Assembly (NCBI GenBank): GCA_949282345.1
Contig: CASDOQ010000025.1
Coordinates: 20,127-84,126 of the forward strand
Length of the DNA: 64,000 nucleotides
Source: an uncultured bacterium
GTDB lineage: Bacteria; Bacillota; Clostridia; Oscillospirales; CAG-272
Direction of reading: 5' to 3'
Positions 20,170 through 28,185 of this stretch are shown here, one piece after another. The notes under the pieces were generated by a model that saw only the letters and a program-made list of their open reading frames with translations, was not told the origin of the DNA and did not search any database. Both the position numbers and the translations under genes were made by a program. The stretch's first letter is position 1, and every line of letters begins with the position of its first letter.

Positions 20170-21569
20170 AAGAAAAGAACCGTATTTTTCCTATCGGGCT
20201 GATCCTTGCCTCGCTTTGGTTTTTCTTTAATCCGAATATCAGTATCGTGGACATACTGCCGGACTGCTTAGGCTGTGCGCTGATCCTGCTGGCGCTCCGC
20301 CGCGCGGCATCGCTGGTCCCGCATTTTGACGAGGCGCAGGAAGCATTCCGCCGGCTGTTTTACGTAACGCTTTCCAAGATCCCCGCGCTCGTCATCCTGC
20401 TCATGCTTTTCTCGGAGCGGGTCAGTATCACGCTCTTTTCGCTCAGCTTTGCCATACTGGAGATACTCTTTGCCATTCCGGCCTTCTCTGCGCTCTTTAA
20501 AGGTTTCTTCTATCTCGGGCAGCGTTTCGGCTGTCAGGCGGCTATCGTCGCGCGCCCCGGTCTTCCGGCTCCCGAACGCCTGAAGAACCTGACGCTGATC
20601 TTCCTTACGGTCAAAGCCGTTGCCTCCACCCTGCCGGAGTTCGGTTTTCTCTTCAACTATGATCCGTTAGACGGAACCGGGTTCACCATGTCCACGAGCC
20701 TCTATCTGATGCTGGCCGGAATTTTGGCCATCGCGGTCCTCATCTTCGGGATTCTGTGGCTGATCTTACTGCGCCGGTATCTGACCGGGATCCGGGAGGA
20801 TCCGGTCTTTACCTCTTTCGGCGGAGGCGACGATACCCTTATCAGAAAAAAAGAACACAGCCGACTGCGCATCAGCCTTCCATTTTTCCTTTTTGCCGCC
20901 GGTACCGTCCTCTGCGCCGACCCGATCCTTGACGGAGCCGAGATCATCCCGGATGCGCTGTCTTCGTTTTTCTTCCTCGCGGCCGCACTCTCGCTTCTTC
21001 CCGAAAAAGATAAGCGGGGAAAGATCCTCCTTCTCGTCTTTCCCGCCGCCGCTCTTGTCTCGAATATTCTCTATTCGGTTTTCCGCTCGGCTTTTTACGC
21101 CGGGTATACAGAGAGCGATATCATCCGCATTGAGGAAGCGGAAACCGCCTATCTCCCCGTTTGCCTCTTCAGCGCGATCTCGGAAATTCTGTTCTTCCTC
21201 TCGGTGTTTTTCCTCATACGCGGGCTGGCGGAATTCCGCCGTGAAAATCTTCCGGCGTTTTCGCCCAAGACTCCTTATGAAGAGCGGCTGCATGAGCGGG
21301 AAGAACGCGAAGAAGCACACCGGGATATCGTTTGCCTCGTGCTGGCCGGGCTGACGGCCGCCTCGTCCTTCATCCGGGTCTTTCTTCTCCGCTTCACGCA
21401 GAAGGTCGAGATGAATCCCGGCTACGGCGGCAATGCCGTTTATCTGCCGACATTCGGCTGGTTCCGCGTCATTCCGCTCGTGCTTTCGGTTCTTCTGGCG
21501 ATCCTCGCCGTCAATCTTTGCCGCGACAGAGCAAAAGAGCTCCTTTGCCAAAAAGATCTCGATATGTAA
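20166..21569 (+). CDS. polytopic membrane protein (about 12 hydrophobic helices, apparent 6+6 internal duplication), unknown function
   Basis: 467 aa. VDILPDCLG..LLALRRAASL near aa 28 is echoed by AEIIPDALS..LAAALSLL near aa 258. Start overlaps the upstream stop (ATGA). Confidence 0.65.
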   Translation: MKEKNRIFPIGLILASLWFFFNPNISIVDILPDCLGCALILLALRRAASLVPHFDEAQEAFRRLFYVTLSKIPALVILLMLFSERVSITLFSLSFAILEILFAIPAFSALFKGFFYLGQRFGCQAAIVARPGLPAPERLKNLTLIFLTVKAVASTLPEFGFLFNYDPLDGTGFTMSTSLYLMLAGILAIAVLIFGILWLILLRRYLTGIREDPVFTSFGGGDDTLIRKKEHSRLRISLPFFLFAAGTVLCADPILDGAEIIPDALSSFFFLAAALSLLPEKDKRGKILLLVFPAAALVSNILYSVFRSAFYAGYTESDIIRIEEAETAYLPVCLFSAISEILFFLSVFFLIRGLAEFRRENLPAFSPKTPYEERLHEREEREEAHRDIVCLVLAGLTAASSFIRVFLLRFTQKVEMNPGYGGNAVYLPTFGWFRVIPLVLSVLLAILAVNLCRDRAKELLCQKDLDM

Positions 21570-21659
21570 AATTTTATTGCGCAAATTACCATCGCAAGTT
21601 ACGGACGATTGTTTTATGATATTCATATCAAAATGCAGGTTTCCGTTCTGCCGCAATAC

Positions 21660-21689
21660 AAAAAAGCACTTCGAATGAAGTGCTTTTTT
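21660..21689. terminator. bidirectional intrinsic terminator
   Basis: A6-GCACTTC-GAAT-GAAGTGC-T6. It lies downstream of the secA-coupled operon (+) and of the beta-helix gene (-). Confidence 0.75.
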
Positions 21690-21840
21690 CGTGTATCTTT
21701 TCTCTTGCCCGCAAGTAAAAAGGCATCTGATGACAAACGTAAAATTTTGCTTGCCTATAACGAATGGAAAAAATGAAGATAAAAAGAAGGAACCTTCTAT
21801 CCTGCGGAATGATCGGAAAAGATTTTTTTAATCAAATGAT

Positions 21841-23868
21841 TTAAAGCAATCTGATCTCTTTATTCGCCTGATCAATCTCGATCCAGGTCGGCTCACAAAC
21901 AACGCTTTCCATGTCCTTACCGGTGCCGCTTTGCCACCGGTCAAGCGTAAGAGAGACCCGCTCTTCGCCCTTCGCGTAGGAGAATAGGATGGGCACGTTT
22001 CCGCTTATATCCCATATCTTGTTTCTGCAGGACCGAAGCGAAGGCAACGCCATGAGGCGGCCCCCTCCCGGAACCGTGTAAACCGGCCTGGCGTCGGTTA
22101 TCAACGTGTTGTTTTCGACGATGATTCCGACATGCGCATCGGCGCGGCCAACCATGATAAGCCCATGACCGCCAAAGGCGAAAATGTTGTCGCGGATGGT
22201 GTTGTGCGCTCCATAATGTTGATAGTAACACTCGGACTTGCAACGGTATACCACATTTTTCTCTATTGCGATATAAGACGATCCCTCGTCTGTGTAGATC
22301 CCATGCCCGCCATAGTGATTGGAATTTACGTCATGGATGAGATTGCCGCAAACGGTGGTGCCGTTTTGCACACCGAGCAGATAAATTCCGGCCATATCGG
22401 AGAGATTTCCCATGCCGATGTGGTGGACATGGTTGTTCTTGATCAGATTGCCATAGGTGGTCGATGGCTTATATCCCCACACCCAGCCGACCGAAATTCC
22501 CGTGTAGTCGGTGTAGCATATCTCGTTATCTGAAACCTCGTTGTGGCTGGAGTGACAGATGAGCACTCCGCAAGCTGCCGCAAAGCGTTTTCCGATATTT
22601 TTAATGAGATTGTTTCTTATAATGCAGTGTTTCGTCGCGTTTTCTGCAGGCCCATCGGCCGTCACGCCAAGAATCTTTACCCCACCGCCCCCGAGATTTT
22701 CCATGTGGCAATTTTCTACCCTTACTGTATCACAACCCACTCCTATCTCGATCGCATGAAGTCCAACGCAGGAAACAAAACAGTCCTCGATGGAGCAATC
22801 CTCGGCGTGCTCGAATGAGATTGCGCCGTATGCGGCGCATGCGGACTGTATGTCGGAGGCAAAGCCTGCCTCGCCTTCATGAAGCAAGTTGTGTGGATCG
22901 GCAGTGCTGACATAATCGCCCTTCGTGCAGAGCAGATCCAATCCCCTCAGGCGTATGCCGTGAATCTTGTTGTCGGAATAACCCTTGATGCAGATAAGCT
23001 GATCAAGCGTTGGCGCATAGACCTCCAGTTCGCCGGGGTCGGCAGCCGGATCTTCGGGAACGTAATAGAGCATGCCGCTTTCCGTGTCAAGATACCATTC
23101 ATTGGCCTCGGTGAAGCTTTGCGCCACGTTTTCAAGAAAATAGTAAAGCTCAGAAGTGCTGTTCCTTTCGTAATTTGCGGTGATCTTGAAACGGGAGCGC
23201 AGAGCCATCGTCAGTTTTCCCGTTTCCTTATCGTAGCTTTCGACGGGTGAATGTTCGTCTACCCAATAATGACAGAAGGAAAGCGTGCAACTCTCTATAT
23301 TTTTGATGTCCTTCAGATCATCCGTGTGTGCAATAAACCACCTCGAGCCGCAAAAGAGATTATCGGAATCGGGGGCTTCGGTGGTAATCGCCCGAAGAGT
23401 GCCGTTTTTGGGGTATCGTGCCGGCATGGCGCGTTTGCCGTTGACGTAAAGGTCGGTAAATTTCCACTTTCCGCTCTTTACCTCCGGAATATAAAGTGAA
23501 ACGCAGGGCGTTCCGTTGAAAACGTCGCGCGCAAAGCCCGTGAGTCTTTTGCCGCCCACGATCTTTGAACGGCCTTCATAGCTTTCGATGGTAATATTAT
23601 CACAAGGCAGATTTGTGTCGAAAAAGGAAGAAAAATACTTGCATCCCAGTCCAAGCTGACTTTCAAGAAAGTAATCTCCCATAATTTTGACGGTAACAGG
23701 ATGCATCACTCCACCGGAGCGCATATTCCATATCATATCAAGCACGCGGTCAAGTGTTCTGACGGGTCCTGCGCCGTAATGATCCTCTATGGGAGAAAAG
23801 CCGCTTAATCCGTCATCTCCTGCAGTCTGAGAAACGAATATGGTGGATGAATTGGTATAATCAAGCAT
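21841..23868 (-). CDS. right-handed parallel beta-helix repeat protein (pectin-lyase-fold, probable carbohydrate-active enzyme)
   Basis: About 675 aa from the ATG at 23868 (AAAGGGGA Shine-Dalgarno). Has repeated beta-helix rung-like segments (NNLIKNIG..., NNHVHHIG..., GNLIHDV..., IEKNVVY...). No obvious signal peptide. Confidence 0.65.
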   Translation of the reverse strand: MLDYTNSSTIFVSQTAGDDGLSGFSPIEDHYGAGPVRTLDRVLDMIWNMRSGGVMHPVTVKIMGDYFLESQLGLGCKYFSSFFDTNLPCDNITIESYEGRSKIVGGKRLTGFARDVFNGTPCVSLYIPEVKSGKWKFTDLYVNGKRAMPARYPKNGTLRAITTEAPDSDNLFCGSRWFIAHTDDLKDIKNIESCTLSFCHYWVDEHSPVESYDKETGKLTMALRSRFKITANYERNSTSELYYFLENVAQSFTEANEWYLDTESGMLYYVPEDPAADPGELEVYAPTLDQLICIKGYSDNKIHGIRLRGLDLLCTKGDYVSTADPHNLLHEGEAGFASDIQSACAAYGAISFEHAEDCSIEDCFVSCVGLHAIEIGVGCDTVRVENCHMENLGGGGVKILGVTADGPAENATKHCIIRNNLIKNIGKRFAAACGVLICHSSHNEVSDNEICYTDYTGISVGWVWGYKPSTTYGNLIKNNHVHHIGMGNLSDMAGIYLLGVQNGTTVCGNLIHDVNSNHYGGHGIYTDEGSSYIAIEKNVVYRCKSECYYQHYGAHNTIRDNIFAFGGHGLIMVGRADAHVGIIVENNTLITDARPVYTVPGGGRLMALPSLRSCRNKIWDISGNVPILFSYAKGEERVSLTLDRWQSGTGKDMESVVCEPTWIEIDQANKEIRLL

Positions 23869-23922
23869 ATTAATCCCCTTTCCGTCGCCTTTTGGCGACC
23901 GCTTCAATATTTTCAGCAATCC

Positions 23923-24828
23923 TTATTCAAAAAAGCCGAGCAGTATGGCAACTATGGCGAGAATCATCGGTATCGGGTTTCGCAACTTGCGGGAAACGGC
24001 GATGTCGACCGCCTCCGATGCAAGCAGCGCGAGTGCTCCGGAAACGGGTGCGTAGTAGGAAACGTTGCTCACTGCGAGTATCAGGACTCCGAGCAAAGAA
24101 GTTATATTGGAGGCAACGGTGTTCGTCACGATACACGCATAGCCTGAACGTCCGATGGTTGAAAGCTCTGTGAAAAGGCGTTTAAGATTGCATTTTTCCA
24201 AAACGAGCAGGGCGAGCACCGAAAATAAAACCATCCAGACATTGGTGAAAAAGAAAAGTGAGTTTGTATTCGTTACCGCATCGTCAATCGCTATGTATTT
24301 CGATGTTATCGTCGATGCACACGAGATCGTTGCGGTGCCGAGGCAAAGGAAAAAGCCTGCTATCGGTTTTTTCCCTTGCGTCTTACCGCTTTTGTTCGGG
24401 TCCTCCTTTGTTCGTTTTGGAAAGAACAGAATAAGTATCGCGGCAAGCATTATGGAAGCGCGGATAAGTGAAATGGGAGTAAATTTCTCCTTGAACAAGA
24501 GAAATCCCGATGCAAACGAAAGGATAAGAGACGCTGAACTTTTGTAGATTTGCGCCTCTCCCGCACCAAGATACCTGTAGGTCGGAATGCTGAGAAAGTG
24601 AGACAATATGCAGATGACCGAAAATACTGCGGAATACCCAAACGCCCTCGCGTTTATTTCAAACTGAAAGCCCGAGGTGACGGAAAAAAAGCCCATAGCG
24701 ACAGCGCTTGTTATCAGTGCGAACACGAATATATCGGTAAACGTTTTGGAGGCTCTGCCGTATTTTTGGATAGTAAAAGTCGATACAATTGAACAGAAGA
24801 ATAGAGCAGAGTAGTAAAAAAGGATCAT
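23923..24828 (-). CDS. DMT-superfamily (EamA-like) transporter
   Basis: 301 aa with about 10 hydrophobic helices in two 5-TM halves separated by a basic loop (KRTKEDPNKSGKTQGKK). Confidence 0.6.
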   Translation of the reverse strand: MILFYYSALFFCSIVSTFTIQKYGRASKTFTDIFVFALITSAVAMGFFSVTSGFQFEINARAFGYSAVFSVICILSHFLSIPTYRYLGAGEAQIYKSSASLILSFASGFLLFKEKFTPISLIRASIMLAAILILFFPKRTKEDPNKSGKTQGKKPIAGFFLCLGTATISCASTITSKYIAIDDAVTNTNSLFFFTNVWMVLFSVLALLVLEKCNLKRLFTELSTIGRSGYACIVTNTVASNITSLLGVLILAVSNVSYYAPVSGALALLASEAVDIAVSRKLRNPIPMILAIVAILLGFFE

Positions 24829-24938
24829 TTTTTCGCCCTACGCAAATGAATTTAATAAAATTTTATCACGCAGCTATTGATTTTACAAGACAAAAGCAGT
24901 AAAATCAATAGACGAAAATTAACTTGGCGGAAGAATAT

Positions 24939-25733
24939 ATGTACCTGTTTGATTTTGGGAATTCCAACTTTGAAAAGAATTATTTTGTAACGAATTGGCA
25001 TCTTGACGTTTCCTGCCCTCTGCACGCCCATTATAGCATGGAAACGGTATATGTCAGAGACGGAAGCCTGATCATGCAGGTTGGAGATAGCAAGAGAGTG
25101 ATCCATGCAGGGGAATGTACCTTTATTATGCCTTTTGAACCTCATTCCTTTGAAACGCCAAAGAATTCGCACTGCCTCGTGACGGAATTTTCCCCTGAGA
25201 TAGTTCCCGATTTTTACGGTATGGCCAAAGACAAGACGCTCGCTATAGGCGTATGTACGCTTTCGCCGTCTGTAAAGAAAATGTGCGACGAAATGTTACC
25301 TTTGTCGATTCCCTCAGGAGAAGCTATAGAAGCGAAGGCGGCGGTTTATCCCATATGCGCGGAAATCATGAAGAAATGCGGCTTTAAAAGCCAAAAAATG
25401 CAGTATGGAGGAACCGTGTTTACCGAGGCGATCCAATTCATCATGAAGAATTTTCAAAACAGAGACGTCTCGCTCTCAGCCGCCGCGCGTGCTCTTGGGG
25501 TACATCACGTTTATCTGAGCAGAGCGTTCAGCGAGAAATGCCATATGACATACACGAGATATGTCAATTCTGTCAGGGCATCATACGCAAGAATCCTGCT
25601 TTCAAAGAAGGAAAAGAACATATCGCAGATCGCTCTCGACTCAGGCTTTGGCAGTATAAGGAATTTTAACCGAGAATTTAAACGGGTTTATGGAATAACG
25701 CCTAACGAATGCTTGGGACAGATTATAAGATGA
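24939..25733 (+). CDS. AraC-family transcriptional regulator (N-terminal cupin sensor, C-terminal double HTH)
   Basis: The C-terminus (LSAAARALGVHHVYLSRAF...QIALDSGFGSIRNFNREFKRVYGITP) is the AraC HTH signature. ATG at 24939; the ORF track uses an in-frame TTG at 24924. Confidence 0.85.
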   Translation: MYLFDFGNSNFEKNYFVTNWHLDVSCPLHAHYSMETVYVRDGSLIMQVGDSKRVIHAGECTFIMPFEPHSFETPKNSHCLVTEFSPEIVPDFYGMAKDKTLAIGVCTLSPSVKKMCDEMLPLSIPSGEAIEAKAAVYPICAEIMKKCGFKSQKMQYGGTVFTEAIQFIMKNFQNRDVSLSAAARALGVHHVYLSRAFSEKCHMTYTRYVNSVRASYARILLSKKEKNISQIALDSGFGSIRNFNREFKRVYGITPNECLGQIIR

Positions 25734-25789
25734 AGTTACCTACCGGATTTATTTTAAAATCATGAATTTTTAGAAAGGAAAAGGATGTT

Positions 25790-26770
25790 ATGAGACCAAA
25801 ATTGTTCGGCACTCTCCCGGACGGGACGGAAGTGCTTCAATACACACTGAAAACCAAAGAGGCAGAGGTACGGATTCTCAACCTCGGCGCCATTATGACC
25901 GATTTTATCTATGCCGGACGGAATATCCTATTGGGATTTGATACCCCGGAGGACTATCTTGCCGACGACTCCTATCAGGGAGCGCTCGTCGGCCGCGTTG
26001 CCAACCGCGTGAAGGGGGCGCGCTTCACCCTGAACGGGAAAGAATATTTCCTGGCGAAAAATTGCGGGGAAAACAGCCTTCACGGCGGGCTTTGCGGCTT
26101 TAACCGGAAGATCTTTTCCATACAGCGCGAAGAGGGCACGTCGATCGTGCTGACCTATCAAAGCCCGGACGGCGAAGAAGGATACCCGGGCACGCTTTCG
26201 CTGAAAGTGATCTATACGCTGAGTGGTTCCTCGCTCAGCATGGAGTATATCGCCTCCTCGGATGCCGATACGCCCATCAACATTACGAACCACGCCTATT
26301 TTAATCTCGTCGCGCCAGGCACCTCGGTCAACGATTATCTGGTGACGATCAACGCCGACCGTTATACCGAAAGCGATGAGCAACTCATTCCCACCGGGGA
26401 ACGCCCCTCGGTCATCGGAACGCCTTACGACCTGCGCCGCTTCCGCCGGATCGGAGAAAAGGCGGACGGATACGACAAGAACTTCATCCTCAACAAAATC
26501 GCGGAGGATAACGTGCCTTCCTTTGCCGCCGCCGTATGCGGTGGCGGACTGCGTCTCTCGGTATACACCACCCTGCCGGATCTGCAGTTCTATACCGCAT
26601 GCTCCCTGCAGGGCACGCCCGATCTTCGCGGGGGGATCAAAAAAGCTCCTTTCACGGCGTTCTGCCTGGAGACGCAATATGAACCCGACGCACCGCATCA
26701 CGAAGAGGCCATTCTTCGGGCGGGAGAAATCTACCACCATACAACGGTTTATCAGATCGAACGCGAATGA
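25790..26770 (+). CDS. galM: aldose 1-epimerase (galactose mutarotase)
   Basis: 326 aa with GRVANRV, HGG, NITNHAYFNL and a C-terminal E-containing CLETQ motif. Confidence 0.85.
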   Translation: MRPKLFGTLPDGTEVLQYTLKTKEAEVRILNLGAIMTDFIYAGRNILLGFDTPEDYLADDSYQGALVGRVANRVKGARFTLNGKEYFLAKNCGENSLHGGLCGFNRKIFSIQREEGTSIVLTYQSPDGEEGYPGTLSLKVIYTLSGSSLSMEYIASSDADTPINITNHAYFNLVAPGTSVNDYLVTINADRYTESDEQLIPTGERPSVIGTPYDLRRFRRIGEKADGYDKNFILNKIAEDNVPSFAAAVCGGGLRLSVYTTLPDLQFYTACSLQGTPDLRGGIKKAPFTAFCLETQYEPDAPHHEEAILRAGEIYHHTTVYQIERE

Positions 26771-26845
26771 TCCTGCTCCCCTTTCCCGAAAAATATGCAG
26801 GGATCACGTGACTTTCCGACCGGAAATCTCAAACGAACGAATAAG

Positions 26846-26876
26846 AAAAACCGCAGAGAATCGATCTGCGGTTTTT
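26846..26876. terminator. bidirectional intrinsic terminator
   Basis: A5-CCGCAGA-(7-nt loop)-TCTGCGG-T5, between galM (+) and the MreB-like unit (-). Confidence 0.7.
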
Positions 26877-26959
26877 GCTTTTTTACGGAAAAGGCAAAAA
26901 GAACTGCCTGCGCGTTCAGGGGGTATACCGGGAAAATCCCCCGTCTTCCCGCGCGCGGG

Positions 26960-27067
26960 TCAGAAAAGGATAAAGTACAAAACCGTATAAGCAAGGCCGA
27001 GGAACATCAGAACGGCCAATGCCAGACAGGATATCTGCAAGAGCTTTTGCTTTTGCGCCTTTTTCAT
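26960..27067 (-). CDS. 35-aa single-pass membrane peptide (not in the ORF track)
   Basis: Hand translation: MKKAQKQKLLQISCLALAVLMFLGLAYTVLYFILF. Its ATG overlaps the TGA of the MreB-like gene (ATGA), which suggests translational coupling. Confidence 0.4.
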   Translation of the reverse strand: MKKAQKQKLLQISCLALAVLMFLGLAYTVLYFILF

Positions 27068-28092
27068 GCTTCCACTTGCTCCTTTCCGGAATTTTTCAAA
27101 CAGTATCTTGAAACGTTCAGCGTCCCCGGAGGATCATCCTTCCGGATTTTTTTCTGTAATGCGGCAAGACCGAGTGCGACCGTATTTTGGGCATCTGCCA
27201 ACCGGGAGGTATGAACGCCCGTCACACCGCTGACCATCTTGTCAAGCCCGTCCAGAAGACTGCCGCCCCCGGCAAGAAGGATCCCAGTATCAAAGACCTC
27301 CTGCACGCTGTCGGGCGGAATCTTTGTGATCGCCTCGCAAAGCCCCTCAAGCAAAGCGGCCATCGGTTCTTCGAGCGCCGTGAACATCTCCTCTGAACAG
27401 ACGCGGACGGTGCAGTAATCGTCATTCGTGCAATCGCGTCCCCGGACGTCGATACAGCGTTCCCCGCTGCCGACCCAAACAGTCCCGACGGCGATCTTGA
27501 CCTGCTCTGCCGTGCGGGGAGTGATACGGACCTTATGCTTATGTAAAAGATAATCGGCTATTGCCCGGTCAAAACAAAGGCCGGCGGCGGAATAGGTATT
27601 TTTATAAAGGATGCGCCCGTTGCATACGATAAGAACGTCGGTACGTGCGGCGCCGATATCCGCGATAATGGCACTGCGGCTGATTGGAAGCCCGTTCCCG
27701 GCCACGGCGGCAATCGGCGAATAGACGAGATGCACCGAACCGGCCCCGGCCTGTGCGGCCATCTCCGCCAACGCGCTTTCCTCCACCTCGCTGAGATTGC
27801 ACGGAACACTGAGCAAAACCGAAGGCCCGGCAGACGGGTCAACTGCCGAAACAGCAAAACCATGTGCTATGGCGGCACGGGTGCAGGAAGGGATCACGAT
27901 CCCTGCGTCAAAGGGATGAGTAAAGCTGACTCGGTCGGTAGGAGTCATCTGCTCCGCCGCTCTGCCAATCCCCAAAAGCGCCCCCTCGGCAGAGAGTGCA
28001 AAGATCGCACTTTCCGAGAGAAGTGAGGAACGGTTTCCGGCGCAGGTAACAAGATTGGCGGCACCGAGATCGATACCCAGCTTGTCCTTCAT
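27064..28092 (-). CDS. divergent MreB/Mbl-like actin-fold protein
   Basis: About 342 aa from the ATG at 28092 (GGAAGGAG Shine-Dalgarno). Alignable by eye to MreB (LGIDLGAANL, ADIGAARTDV, RGRD, LLAGGGSLLDGLDK), but both phosphate loops are altered. Confidence 0.75.
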   Translation of the reverse strand: MKDKLGIDLGAANLVTCAGNRSSLLSESAIFALSAEGALLGIGRAAEQMTPTDRVSFTHPFDAGIVIPSCTRAAIAHGFAVSAVDPSAGPSVLLSVPCNLSEVEESALAEMAAQAGAGSVHLVYSPIAAVAGNGLPISRSAIIADIGAARTDVLIVCNGRILYKNTYSAAGLCFDRAIADYLLHKHKVRITPRTAEQVKIAVGTVWVGSGERCIDVRGRDCTNDDYCTVRVCSEEMFTALEEPMAALLEGLCEAITKIPPDSVQEVFDTGILLAGGGSLLDGLDKMVSGVTGVHTSRLADAQNTVALGLAALQKKIRKDDPPGTLNVSRYCLKNSGKEQVEA

Positions 28093-28120
28093 AATGACTC
28101 CTTCCGAATAAGATAGATCT

Positions 28121-28149
28121 ATTATACACGATAGATACAAAGAATGCAA
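28121..28149 (-). promoter_or_regulatory. sigma-A promoter candidate for the MreB-like gene
   Basis: Minus strand TTGCAT, 17-nt spacer, TATAAT, about 30 nt upstream of the ATG. Confidence 0.5.
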
Positions 28150-28185
28150 GTGCAAAAGATCTTCCGATCGGAATATTTTATTTGG

